Shown here piece by piece: positions 37,302 to 47,061 of a stretch of DNA of 64,000 bases (position 1 is the stretch's first letter; each line of letters begins with the position of its first letter). The notes below the pieces were generated by a model. It had not been told where the DNA came from and searched no databases. It was given only the letters and a program-made list of their open reading frames with translations. The position numbers were made by a program, and so were the translations under genes. The DNA comes from Methanocella sp. (lineage in GTDB: Archaea > Thermoproteota > Bathyarchaeia > Bathyarchaeales > Bathycorpusculaceae): contig JBLNCY010000031.1 in the NCBI GenBank assembly GCA_050261115.1, forward strand, positions 1 to 64,000, read 5' to 3'.

Positions 37302-38612
37302 TTGGCTGAAGGTAAAGAAGAAATCTACTCCATTATGTTTAGTTCACTTAAGCATCCAGCCCGCCGCAAAATACTACGTGTTCTATCCGACAAGCCCTTA
37401 ACGTTTTCCGAGATGCTTGAGTTACTCGGCATATCCAGCTCCAATTTAACCTATCACCTAGAAAACCTAGGCGAACTAGTCTCTAAAGACGAAAAAGGAG
37501 TCTACCGTCTCTCCACTTTTGGTCAAGCCGCAGTCGGCACCATGAAACTCGTCGAAGACGCCCCCGTGGTTCAACCCAAAAAACGTAGTGCCATAACCAA
37601 GAAATGGCGCATAATAACAGGCGTCCTACTTGTCGCTTTAATCATCGCCGCAAGCTTTGCTGCAATAGGGATAACCACCTTAAATTCGGCGGTGGGTGAG
37701 CTTGATTCTCTTCGAAAAAAGTATGATCAATTGTTATCTTGGACAAGCACCACGGATGATGCTATCGAGTTTCTGCAGAGGGTCGTGGAGATAGATACAA
37801 CCAGATATGCGGCAACCCTAAGGGAACGCACAATCGAATCTAAGCCCAATTTGGGTGGGGTAACTGAGGAGACAATGAAATACACCCTAAGCGGAGTCGA
37901 TAACAGTGGCTCGGAGAGCAAATTAAGTATTACTTTCCGATTTCGTAACGGCCAATTCTCCCGCTATCAGCTTAGTATCGATGAAGGTTCACCGATATAT
38001 GCGCAGCCTCAATCACCATTCGTGCTAGACGCAGCCAAGAACCTAGTCGACCGATTAGAAGACTACCTAAAAAGCCCATACTTATCTAACATGAGCCGCC
38101 TAATGTCGCTAGTCAGCACCTCAGAGAGCATGGAGATCAAAGAAGGCAACCTAAAACTAAACGCCACCATCGCAGGAAATGACGCCGACGTCCTGATGCA
38201 GTACACCGAAAACGGAGTGGACTTTGAACAGAAAGGTCTGCGGTTAGTGTTTGACGATGGGGTCCTTAAGGACTTGACGGATGGCTGGGGCCTATACAAC
38301 ATCGGAAGCTCATCAGTAACGGTTAACCGCGACCGCGCAATAACCCTTGCAAAGAATGCCCTCAACGGCTACACATGGACCCAGAACGGTATGGTAATTT
38401 CAAGTTTCCAATACAACCCTGACCCCGCGCTTGTTATCTTCCGCCCAGCCACAAAAAACGACTTGAACCTCTATCCCCAGTACGCTATAACGTTCTTCCT
38501 TGACAAAGTCTACGCTGGCGGCGTCTACATGATTGTAGTGTACGTGTGGGCAGATACTGGCGAAGTTGCGTACATAGAGCCGCGTGATAGCCCCTTATCA
38601 TTCAGTTCATAA
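37302..38612 (+). CDS. ArsR-type wHTH + single TM + large extracytoplasmic domain (membrane one-component regulator)
   Basis: FSSLKHPARRKIL...LTFSEM...SSNLTYHLENLGELV; TM IITGVLLVALIIAASFAAIGI; about 300 aa of C-terminal domain. Confidence 0.8.
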   Translation: MAEGKEEIYSIMFSSLKHPARRKILRVLSDKPLTFSEMLELLGISSSNLTYHLENLGELVSKDEKGVYRLSTFGQAAVGTMKLVEDAPVVQPKKRSAITKKWRIITGVLLVALIIAASFAAIGITTLNSAVGELDSLRKKYDQLLSWTSTTDDAIEFLQRVVEIDTTRYAATLRERTIESKPNLGGVTEETMKYTLSGVDNSGSESKLSITFRFRNGQFSRYQLSIDEGSPIYAQPQSPFVLDAAKNLVDRLEDYLKSPYLSNMSRLMSLVSTSESMEIKEGNLKLNATIAGNDADVLMQYTENGVDFEQKGLRLVFDDGVLKDLTDGWGLYNIGSSSVTVNRDRAITLAKNALNGYTWTQNGMVISSFQYNPDPALVIFRPATKNDLNLYPQYAITFFLDKVYAGGVYMIVVYVWADTGEVAYIEPRDSPLSFSS

Positions 38613-38683
38613 CCCCTTTGTTTTCTGAAGGCTTTAGCCTGAAACTTTATACAAAACACAACGTACTCTCATAAAGAGCAAAC

Positions 38684-38968
38684 ATGCCTTTAACAGTAAA
38701 ATTCCTTGGCGCATTTCGTCATCTTTCTGGCAATAACCAACTATCATTAGAGTTCCAACAAGACAGCACTGTAAGAAGCCTAATTGAGCAACTCAGCCAA
38801 GACATCCCGGGCCTGAGGCGAACCTTCACTGATGGAGACCTCAATGACGCCCGCTCCAACTCGCTGATCCTAATCAATGGAACAGAGATCAGTGTCTTAG
38901 ACGGCTATGAAACTAAGCTAAACGATGGAGACGAAGTTGTGCTGGTTCCGGTTGTTCATGGTGGCTAG
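38684..38968 (+). CDS. Ubiquitin-like sulfur carrier (MoaD/ThiS/SAMP/Urm1 family)
   Basis: Beta-grasp pattern, LING, L.DGDEV, C-terminal VVHGG. Confidence 0.9.
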   Translation: MPLTVKFLGAFRHLSGNNQLSLEFQQDSTVRSLIEQLSQDIPGLRRTFTDGDLNDARSNSLILINGTEISVLDGYETKLNDGDEVVLVPVVHGG

Positions 38969-38974
38969 CCAGCA

Positions 38975-39748
38975 ATGATTACGCTGACAACAGACTTTGG
39001 ACTCAAAGACCCCTATGTAGCAGAGATAAAAGCGGCAATCTTGGGCATTAATCCCCAAGCAAACATAGTCGACGTCAGCCACCTTGTCGATAAGTTCAGT
39101 GTACGTATGGGCGCCTTTATCTTGGCTTCCGCTGCACCTCATTTCCCCAAGGGAACCGTGCATGTGGCAGTAATCGACCCAGGCGTGGGAACTGAGAGAC
39201 GAGCCATCCTTATCGAAACCAAACAAGCCTGCTATGTGGGGCCTGATAATGGCGTTTTAATGCTGACTGCACAGGCACAGAGCATCAAGCACATCTATCG
39301 ATTAAGCAACCCCAAACTTATGCGCCAAGAAATCTCGAGCACATTCCACGGCCGAGACATATTTGCACCAGCTGCCGCATATCTCGACTTGGGTGTTAAA
39401 CCTAAAGAGTTTGGCGAAGAAATCACTGACCCAGTCACCCCAGAATTCACGAATGTTAAACGCAGCAAAAGCGGTTCAACCGTAGGGGCAGTGTTGCACA
39501 TAGATGACTTTGGTAACGTAGTTACTAACATTAAACCAGCAAATAACAAAGCCCAAACCATCAAAGTAAACCTACATCATGTCTCCTTGGAGCTACCTTA
39601 CGTTAAGACTTATGGCGATGTTAAGGTGCATGAGCCTTTAGCGCTTATTGGTAGTCACGGATTTTTAGAATTCGCGCTCAACACAGGAAGCTTTAGTGAA
39701 AAATACCGAGTTAATAACGAGGACCAAGTCGAGGTAGTCGACGTTTAG
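38975..39748 (+). CDS. SAM hydroxide adenosyltransferase (DUF62, chlorinase/fluorinase family)
   Basis: TLTTDFG, VIDPGVGT.R, GPDNG, TFHGRDIFAP, HIDDFGN. Confidence 0.93.
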   Translation: MITLTTDFGLKDPYVAEIKAAILGINPQANIVDVSHLVDKFSVRMGAFILASAAPHFPKGTVHVAVIDPGVGTERRAILIETKQACYVGPDNGVLMLTAQAQSIKHIYRLSNPKLMRQEISSTFHGRDIFAPAAAYLDLGVKPKEFGEEITDPVTPEFTNVKRSKSGSTVGAVLHIDDFGNVVTNIKPANNKAQTIKVNLHHVSLELPYVKTYGDVKVHEPLALIGSHGFLEFALNTGSFSEKYRVNNEDQVEVVDV

Positions 39749-40677
39749 GATTTTTTGAAGCCATCAACTAAGTCAGCGATGACCTTAACCGGATTTTCCA
39801 GCCCCGCCAGCTGCTCGGCTACATCAAACCGTCTACCCAGATACTTTTTTGCAAGCTCCATCACTCTGCTTTCGGCGGTTATGAATAGTGGAAAGCCTTT
39901 CTTGGCAAGGTAAGTGTTAAGAGGGGCCTTTGCTGCATCTGAGATGGCGACGCTTGGAACCCCCTGCAGCGCAGCTTCCCGACACACGGACCCACCATAG
40001 CTAACCACTAAATCCGCTTTCGAGACAAGTGCAGCTGAACTCTCAACCGAATTACCTTGACCTAGCAGGTATACTTCGCCTATTTCAGCAAGTTTTTCTG
40101 CGAGGGCCCTATTTTTTTCTGCCTGGCTTGTGCTCTGGTCATAAATGATTAAGGGCTTTTTAGAAGCTGAAGCGCTATGGGATTTTGAGCTCTCTATCCA
40201 TGCAACCTCATCCACACCCTTAAACCTGACCACCCGTTGAGCACAGTAGGCTTTGGGGAACCGTTTTGGCAGAGCCTCAGAAACCACCGCCGTATGGGCA
40301 AAGGGTATGGTTAGACGGTTTAATGCATCGGCGTCGAGTTTGTCGGCAGTTAATATTATTGGGATGCCTAAGCCGTAAGCTGTTCGAACAACCTCAGCTG
40401 ACTGAGGCGTTATTGCAACATCGGGATTGTTATCTTCGAATAGCTTGCAGAATTCGATTATACGTTGGGCATTTGCCTGCAGCCCAGATATCAATGAGTC
40501 TGAGCTAGGCTTGCCTATGGCTTTAGGTTTCTCGCCATACAAACCAGCTTGCGACAGCGCTTCGGGGCAGTCAAGAGCGGTAAAAATGAATTCGTGCCCA
40601 CATCTTTTGAGTTCTTTGCTTAAAGCACAACCAAACTTTAAGTCCCTAATACTGTGCGCGTCGTACCAGACTTTCAT
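39745..40677 (-). CDS. DUF354 family GT-B-fold protein
   Basis: MKVWYD, R.AYGLGIP, F.GVDE.AW, ADLVV..GG...REAALQGVP. Confidence 0.75.
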   Translation of the reverse strand: MKVWYDAHSIRDLKFGCALSKELKRCGHEFIFTALDCPEALSQAGLYGEKPKAIGKPSSDSLISGLQANAQRIIEFCKLFEDNNPDVAITPQSAEVVRTAYGLGIPIILTADKLDADALNRLTIPFAHTAVVSEALPKRFPKAYCAQRVVRFKGVDEVAWIESSKSHSASASKKPLIIYDQSTSQAEKNRALAEKLAEIGEVYLLGQGNSVESSAALVSKADLVVSYGGSVCREAALQGVPSVAISDAAKAPLNTYLAKKGFPLFITAESRVMELAKKYLGRRFDVAEQLAGLENPVKVIADLVDGFKKS

Positions 40678-41189
40678 TAGCGTGGAACCTTTTGCTTTTC
40701 TGCCAAGAACTCTTCGCGTTTTTTCTCAAACTGCTCTAGGGTCATGACTTTTTTGGCTGGGCAACCAGCAACCACCGTGTTTGGCGGGACGTTTTTGGTG
40801 ACTACGCTTCCACCACCGACGACAGCTTTTTCGCCTATGGTGACGTTTGGCAGGATGGTGACTCCACCGCCTATAGCAGCCCCGTTTTTAATCACGGGGG
40901 GCGTCATGAATGGTGACTTGGGGTACTTGTCGTTTAGCAGACTGGTGTTAGGGGCTATGAATACGTTGTCGCCGAGTACGCAGCCGTTTGAGATGGTTAC
41001 GTGTGCTTGGATGTTACAGTTTTTTCCTATGGTGACGTCTTTGCCTATGTCTACGAAGCTGCCGATGATAGTGTTGTCGCCGATTGTGGTGTTGTCGCCG
41101 ATGACGACGTAGTTCCAGATGGCACAGCCTTCTCCGATTTTGACGTTTGTGCCTTGGATAATGCCTAAGCCGCGCTTTGATGTTTGCAT
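40677..41189 (-). CDS. Hexapeptide-repeat sugar N-acetyltransferase (WbpD-like)
   Basis: Left-handed beta-helix I-G-x-x-x-x repeats, ND.YP, GSVVTK.VP, AG.PA. Confidence 0.88.
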   Translation of the reverse strand: MQTSKRGLGIIQGTNVKIGEGCAIWNYVVIGDNTTIGDNTIIGSFVDIGKDVTIGKNCNIQAHVTISNGCVLGDNVFIAPNTSLLNDKYPKSPFMTPPVIKNGAAIGGGVTILPNVTIGEKAVVGGGSVVTKNVPPNTVVAGCPAKKVMTLEQFEKKREEFLAEKQKVPR

Positions 41190-41227
41190 GGCTTGTCTTT
41201 CTGTTGACCAACTTTAAATAGTTTAAC

Positions 41228-42166
41228 ATGGACTCTCAATCAGCAGTCGGAGACATCACTTTGCCACGTGAGAAAGTCTTACTTATCGGGTTAGGCGAAA
41301 TCGGCCACACACTATTCAGCTTATACAATGAAAAAAAAGATGTTTTTTCAACCTTCGGCATAGACCTCGACGAAACAAAAATGCGCAAGCTAGACCAAGA
41401 ATGGAGCAAGGTCCCTCCACAGGTGGATACGTTGCAGGTGGCACTGCCCTGCGGCAACCCTGACCGATTCGCTGAAATAATAGCCGACTATGTCGATAAA
41501 TACAGGCCTAAACTTGCAATCATAAACAGCACGGTACCGCCTGGAACAACCCTTATAGTTGCAGAAAAATGCCACTGTGAAGTCGCCCATTCGCCTGCGC
41601 GGGGCGTCCACATAACTGCAGAGCACATGGTTTGGGAGATGAAGCGCTGGCCCAAATATGTAGGAGGCGCCACTCCAGCGGCAGGAGAGATGGCAAAAGC
41701 GCATTTTGAAAAGTTGGGCTTAACGGTTAAGGTGCTTAAGAGTTGCCGCGAAACAGAGCTTGCGAAAATCTTTGAAACAACCTATCGTGCCTGGATGATT
41801 GTCTGCTTCCAGGAAATGCACCGAATCGCACGTTCCAACGGCGCAGACTTTAACGAAGCTGTGGACTTTCTTGAGGACACCCATCGCCAACGCCTTGATC
41901 GACCCATAATGTTCCCCGGCTATATAGGCGGCCACTGCCTGATCCCCAACACAGAGTTACTGCTAAAAACCTACGACTCAGACATGCTACGACTCATCCT
42001 AGAATCGAATGAGAAGCGTAAAGAGGAAATGAAGAACCCCGAAATCAAAGCGGAAGCCGAGAAAGTAGCCAAGAGAGCAGAAAAACTCCAAAAGGACCTG
42101 ACGGGTGAGAAGAATCTTGTTTTGCCGCAGAGTCGGGGAGAAACCCGACTCAACTGCGATAGCTAA
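41228..42166 (+). CDS. Short nucleotide-sugar dehydrogenase (UDP-Glc/GDP-Man DH family, lacking the C-terminal domain)
   Basis: IGLGEIG Rossmann motif, STVPPGTT, ELAKIFE, GYIGGHCL. Confidence 0.8.
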   Translation: MDSQSAVGDITLPREKVLLIGLGEIGHTLFSLYNEKKDVFSTFGIDLDETKMRKLDQEWSKVPPQVDTLQVALPCGNPDRFAEIIADYVDKYRPKLAIINSTVPPGTTLIVAEKCHCEVAHSPARGVHITAEHMVWEMKRWPKYVGGATPAAGEMAKAHFEKLGLTVKVLKSCRETELAKIFETTYRAWMIVCFQEMHRIARSNGADFNEAVDFLEDTHRQRLDRPIMFPGYIGGHCLIPNTELLLKTYDSDMLRLILESNEKRKEEMKNPEIKAEAEKVAKRAEKLQKDLTGEKNLVLPQSRGETRLNCDS

Positions 42167-42291
42167 AGTTGATGCCTGAATAATTTTTTCGTATGGATTC
42201 AAGCGGATTGTTTAGTGGTGCTTGAGGCAGGGTTAAAAAACAAAAATGAAAGAAATATGTTGGATTGGTTTCCGGGCAAGCAAACTTTTGC

Positions 42292-42582
42292 TTATGCTTT
42301 TTTGGTGAGAGTTATTTCCATCGTGGAAACCATTCTGGATTTGTTCTCGCCCTCACGAGGTGGCATCTCTGCGGTGCCGATTGCGATTTTAGATACTTTG
42401 AGGTCTTTGATGAAACGGTTTCTTGCGATCTCGGCTACGTCGACTGCGGTGGTAATGGCTTGGCCTCTTGCTTTGAGGGTGATCTCGTTTAGTTTACCTG
42501 AAGAGAGGCTTGTGATGATAGCCAATACATAGCTCATGGGGGGTTTGTTTCCGACGAAGATAACGTCTGCATTTTCGGTCAT
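42292..42582 (-). CDS. albA: DNA/RNA-binding protein Alba
   Basis: FVGNKP.MSYVLA, LKARG.AI..AVDVAE, SRMVSTMEI.L. Confidence 0.95.
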   Translation of the reverse strand: MTENADVIFVGNKPPMSYVLAIITSLSSGKLNEITLKARGQAITTAVDVAEIARNRFIKDLKVSKIAIGTAEMPPREGENKSRMVSTMEITLTKKA

Positions 42583-42789
42583 ACCATTTTACTCCTTATG
42601 TGTCTTTGTGTAACGTTGCTGTCTTGCGCTCTGTTGCGCTCAGAACGTCACTGCCCAATATTGGAAGTTCCTCCTAATAAGGTCATTGAAAGATAACGGC
42701 TTGGCAGCTAACGACTAAGTGGGTTCCAGTTAAGAAAGAAATATCTACATGCGACCCCTAATTGGCTACAACCCCCGGACGCATCCACT

Positions 42790-43431
42790 GTGCTCACCAT
42801 ACTAAAGAAAAGAATTCAAGAAATGCTTGCCACAGAAGCAAAAATAGCACACGAGCTAGGGCTAACACCCAACCACATCAGCGTCATCGGCTTCATTCTT
42901 GCCATAGGCACAGCGGCAAGCTATGCCTTCACCACTACGGAGTCCCTTTGGCTGCTATTGTTGGCGGTGTTTTTCATGATGGCTTCGGGGTTTTGTGACG
43001 CCATGGACGGTATCGTTGCACGTACATTTCAGCAGGCCTCTAAATTCGGGGGCTTCTTTGACTCCGTATTGGATCGCTTTGCTGACGCAACATCATATGC
43101 AGGGATACTGGTTGCGGGGCTTTGTAATTCGGCTTTTGGGGTTTTCTGGGGAACCATCGTGACGTTGGCGGCGTTAATTTCATCGATGCTTGTTAGCTAT
43201 ACACGGTCTAGGGCGGAAGCCATCGGGGTAAAGATGGAGTCGGTGGGTATTGCTGAGCGTGCGGAGCGTATGCTGATTCTGGCGGCTGTGAGCATAATGG
43301 GTTTTTGGTATCTGCCAATTTTGGGTTATGGGGTTGCCTTAATAGCAGCCTTGTCAACCATAACGGTTCTACAAAGAGTATGGCATGTCTATGTCGAGTT
43401 AAAGAAAGAAAAGCAGCTTAAAACTGCTTAG
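42790..43431 (+). CDS. CDP-alcohol phosphatidyltransferase (archaetidylinositol-phosphate synthase-like)
   Basis: TPN, DAMDG.VAR...G.FFDS.LDR..D signature, SY.R.RAE, G.AERAER. Confidence 0.9.
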   Translation: MLTILKKRIQEMLATEAKIAHELGLTPNHISVIGFILAIGTAASYAFTTTESLWLLLLAVFFMMASGFCDAMDGIVARTFQQASKFGGFFDSVLDRFADATSYAGILVAGLCNSAFGVFWGTIVTLAALISSMLVSYTRSRAEAIGVKMESVGIAERAERMLILAAVSIMGFWYLPILGYGVALIAALSTITVLQRVWHVYVELKKEKQLKTA

Positions 43432-43721
43432 TATCGTGGGCGACGATACTTTGTGTGGCGCTCGTTTTCCGCACGGACTTTAACGATGCCACGGTGAACA
43501 GCGCACGAGATACAGTAATACTTGGTGTCGACCCAAGAGGCTAGGAAGGTGCCTTTCTGCCGGAGTTCCTTGGCGAGTTGGGGCTCAACGAATGAGACGC
43601 GTCGTGTGGATTTCTTGGCTTTATCACGCGGCACCATCGATCCGCAGTTAACGCATTGAACTAGTGTGCTACTTCCTTTGCTTCCTTTTGATCTTCCTCG
43701 GCTTTTTCGCTTAAATGGCAT
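43428..43721 (-). CDS. rps26e: 30S ribosomal protein eS26
   Basis: MP.KRKSRGR.KG, VQC.NCG..VPRDKA, YCISCAVH. Confidence 0.96.
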   Translation of the reverse strand: MPFKRKSRGRSKGSKGSSTLVQCVNCGSMVPRDKAKKSTRRVSFVEPQLAKELRQKGTFLASWVDTKYYCISCAVHRGIVKVRAENERHTKYRRPRY

Positions 43722-43773
43722 GAAGTTTTGACTCCTTATTTTCCTTTTTTAACCATTATTTGAATTAGCTTTC

Positions 43774-44661
43774 TTATATATCTGCTCTTAACTTTAAGAG
43801 AGAAGCCACGTTTGTTTTCGATTCAATCTTTGGGACGATTTTGCCCTCGGCTGATGACATTATCGTGGTTACGCCCGGTCCATGTCCTGCGACATGGCAG
43901 TTTGCGTGGACGACTACACCGATGGATATGGCACCTTGGCGGTAGACTCTGCCATAAGAGTGGTCAGCATCAATGATGGCGATTATGTCGCCTATTCGCA
44001 GGGAGTCTAGGCCGTACTGTTCGATGATTGGTTGATCGAAGAGTTGGATGTCGTAGTCTCCTGTGTTGACATTGTTGCTGCCTAAACCTGAACCCATGAT
44101 GGCGGCTGGAACAAGGTGGGTGACGCATACTTCGAGTTTGTCTCCGTTTGACTTTGGATCCCACGCCTCCAGTAGGGAGGGGTCCATGTTGAAGACTTTG
44201 ATGTCGGGGTAATCGGGGAGTTGTAGTCCTGTGCCGTAGGCTTTGATTTGTATTTTGTCGCCAATCAGCAGCTTATCGAGCACTTCACTTGAGAAGTCAA
44301 CCAGCACATGTTCGACGCCGCCATGCTTACCGATGACGATGCCTCTGTCGCCTTTTGCGTCGCCGGATGCTACGATGGCTTGGTTACCTATGCAGCAGAG
44401 GGCGTTTAGGGCAGTGTTTGGGCCTCGTCCTGTGCCCGGGTCGTTTTCTTTGTTTTCTATGCTAACGCCTGGTTCTACATGGTCTGCTTCCCATCCGACT
44501 GCGGGGTCGCCTACTCGGAGGTTGTAGGTTATGCCGCCGACGCCAGGTAGAACAAACGGGTTGCCTGATGCGGAGACTTTGTATAGCTGGCGAAAGCTTG
44601 GGCTGGCGACTTCGCCCATAACGGAGAGTTTTATGAGTTTATCAGCGTTTGTTCTAATCAT
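43774..44661 (-). CDS. DUF4438 family protein
   Basis: PGVGGITYN..VGD, DHVEPGVS, GKHGG.EHV, MGSGLG, GDYDI, GHGPG. Confidence 0.8.
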   Translation of the reverse strand: MIRTNADKLIKLSVMGEVASPSFRQLYKVSASGNPFVLPGVGGITYNLRVGDPAVGWEADHVEPGVSIENKENDPGTGRGPNTALNALCCIGNQAIVASGDAKGDRGIVIGKHGGVEHVLVDFSSEVLDKLLIGDKIQIKAYGTGLQLPDYPDIKVFNMDPSLLEAWDPKSNGDKLEVCVTHLVPAAIMGSGLGSNNVNTGDYDIQLFDQPIIEQYGLDSLRIGDIIAIIDADHSYGRVYRQGAISIGVVVHANCHVAGHGPGVTTIMSSAEGKIVPKIESKTNVASLLKLRADI

Positions 44662-44796
44662 AAATTAGTCCTCAAATACTACATGGTGTAACCTGAGGGC
44701 ACCATATAAAGCTAGACACGGCGATTTTTTTGAACTAAGCAACTCTTAAATCATGCGCCTCTTTTTATTGTTCAATTAGAGCTAAGCCTATCTAAA

Positions 44797-45393
44797 TTGT
44801 CGAAGGAACTTGCCATGTCGGAAATTGGATTAAGACCCAAAATGCTGGTGCGAGACGTAATGAGCAGCCCAGTTGTAACTATAGACGAGGATGAAACCGC
44901 CAATCAAGCTGCCATGAACATGGATATGAAGGATCTAGGCGCGGTTATCGTTCAGAATAAAGCGGGGAAATCTATCGGCATCATAACTGAGCGGGACCTA
45001 GTCATCAGGGTTGTTGCTAAGAACCTTAAACCGGACACTGTTAAAGCTAAAGAGATCATGACAACCCCACTTGTCACAATCGAGCCTGAAGCCACCGTAA
45101 GCGACGCTGCCAGACGCATGACGCGCCTTGACATAAGAAGGCTTGGCGTAGTCTACAAGGGTAACTTGGTCGGGATTATCTCAAGCAAAGACGTCCTAGG
45201 CGTCATGCCTGAACTGCTGGAAATCTATCAGGAACGCGAACGCATCATTGGTGACTCACGCGCTGAAGAAACCATTGAAGTGCCGCTATCAGGTTACTGT
45301 GAACGCTGCAATGCCTTCTCAGACAGCCTAAAAGAGCGTAACGGCCAACACATCTGCGACGAATGCAGAATCGAGTTAGAAACCGAAACGTAA
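44797..45393 (+). CDS. CBS-pair protein with C-terminal zinc ribbon
   Basis: VRDVMSSPV, GIITERDL, IMT.PL, GIIS..D; C-terminal CERC...CDEC. Confidence 0.88.
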   Translation: MSKELAMSEIGLRPKMLVRDVMSSPVVTIDEDETANQAAMNMDMKDLGAVIVQNKAGKSIGIITERDLVIRVVAKNLKPDTVKAKEIMTTPLVTIEPEATVSDAARRMTRLDIRRLGVVYKGNLVGIISSKDVLGVMPELLEIYQERERIIGDSRAEETIEVPLSGYCERCNAFSDSLKERNGQHICDECRIELETET

Positions 45394-45407
45394 GATCTCC
45401 TTCTTTT

Positions 45408-45635
45408 CTATTCTTTTGTCACTAGCTTCTTTTGTACAACTGCTACACCGTATTTTAGCAGGCTTTTGGCGCCACTAAGCCTTTTTCTGGGAACGATTGT
45501 AACGCTGTAGACTAAACCGTAGAGCGATAGCAAGATAGTGGCAAGAAACGATGAGCCAGAGTAAACCACCGGACGCAGAATCAAGAGAAACAAACACGTA
45601 AACCATTCAGTAGGGGTCTTTTTTAAACTCATCAC
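45408..45635 (-). CDS. Possible small membrane protein
   Basis: Fills an intergenic gap and has a hydrophobic segment; no recognised family. Confidence 0.35.
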   Translation of the reverse strand: MMSLKKTPTEWFTCLFLLILRPVVYSGSSFLATILLSLYGLVYSVTIVPRKRLSGAKSLLKYGVAVVQKKLVTKE

Positions 45636-45711
45636 ACCGCTTCAGTATTATAGGTTTGAATGTATGAAACTTATTAACAAACTCTTCGCTACACTATAGC
45701 CGTGAACTCTC

Positions 45712-47061
45712 ATGATAGTTGATTCTGTCCTCACCAACGCCAAAGCCTACCTCAAAGAACGGGGCCAAATCGTTGACTGCTGCATAGCCATTGAAGAAGG
45801 AAAAATATACAAAATCGGCAAAGAACCCCAAATGCCCAACGCCGACGAAAAAACTGACTTGCATGGCTTGATGGTGCTTCCAGGGTTAATTGATGAGCAT
45901 GTGCATCTGCGAGATGAGGGCAGAGCATACAAAGAAGATTTTGCTTCAGGAACAGCTGCTGCCGCGGCTGGCGGATTTACCACCGTCTTAGATATGCCCA
46001 ACAATGACCCGGTTACGAAGACTGCTAAGCGGCTGGAGAACCGTATGGTGCTCGCGGACCGTCGGTTGCTAGTTAACGTGGGCTTCTACTCCGAGTTCCC
46101 AAACACCCTCACTGAGGTCAAAGAGATTGCGGATATGGGGGCGGTTGCATTCAAACTGTTCCTAAACGGCCAAATTGGGGGGGTAAACATAGATGACGAT
46201 GCCGCTCTCCTGGAGGCCTTTAAGGCAGCTGCTGGCGCTAAACGGCTGGTGGCGGTTCATGCCGAAGACCGCTCTATGATTACGGCGGCCGAAGAGAAGC
46301 TCAAAAGGGCAAAAAAGGCTGCGCCGGTCGAGTTTTTGCGGGCCCACAGCGAGGAAGCGGAACTCCGAGCGGTCCATCGACTTCTGCGATTAACCCAAAA
46401 AACCGAAACGCACCTGCATTTCTGCCATATTTCAACCGGAGAAGCTCTAAAGGAAATCGAGCAAGCAAAAACGGAGAACCGAAAGGTCACCTGCGAAGTG
46501 ACCCCCAACCACCTTATGCTGACAGATGACGAGGTAGGCCAAAGTGGCGGTTTAGCAATCATGGCTCCACCCCTCCGTAACCGCTTACAAGTGAATGCAC
46601 TCTGGAGCGCCATAGCCGATGGAACAGTTGACTGCCTAGGCTCCGATCATGCCCCCCATACACTGGAAGAGAAACAGGCAAGTAGCGTCTGGGAGGTCAA
46701 ACCCGGCATACCCGGTCTAGAAGTTACCTTGCCGCTGATGTTAACTATGGTACAGAAAGGCAAAATCTCACTCAATCAAGTCGTCGCTCTTTTAGCGGAG
46801 AAGCCAGCAGAACTCTACGGCTTAACCGATCGGGGCCAACTGAAGGCAGGCTTAAACGCCGACCTAACGGTTGCCAGCTTTAAACCTTTCAAGATAGATA
46901 CAGCCAAATTCAAGACCAAAGCCAAATTCTCACCCTACAATGGCTGGGAAGTCTATGGGCGACCCATAAAAACCATAGTCAACGGTACCCTCGTCTATGA
47001 CGACGGTGACATTGTGGCTAAGGGCGGGGTGGGCGCTGTGGTGCGGGGAGGCAGCCTTTGA
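45712..47061 (+). CDS. pyrC: Dihydroorotase (amidohydrolase family)
   Basis: PGLID.HVHLRD, AAAGGFT...DMPN, HAED, CHIS, CEVTP.HL, PPLR, SDHAPH, PG.PGLE. Confidence 0.88.
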   Translation: MIVDSVLTNAKAYLKERGQIVDCCIAIEEGKIYKIGKEPQMPNADEKTDLHGLMVLPGLIDEHVHLRDEGRAYKEDFASGTAAAAAGGFTTVLDMPNNDPVTKTAKRLENRMVLADRRLLVNVGFYSEFPNTLTEVKEIADMGAVAFKLFLNGQIGGVNIDDDAALLEAFKAAAGAKRLVAVHAEDRSMITAAEEKLKRAKKAAPVEFLRAHSEEAELRAVHRLLRLTQKTETHLHFCHISTGEALKEIEQAKTENRKVTCEVTPNHLMLTDDEVGQSGGLAIMAPPLRNRLQVNALWSAIADGTVDCLGSDHAPHTLEEKQASSVWEVKPGIPGLEVTLPLMLTMVQKGKISLNQVVALLAEKPAELYGLTDRGQLKAGLNADLTVASFKPFKIDTAKFKTKAKFSPYNGWEVYGRPIKTIVNGTLVYDDGDIVAKGGVGAVVRGGSL

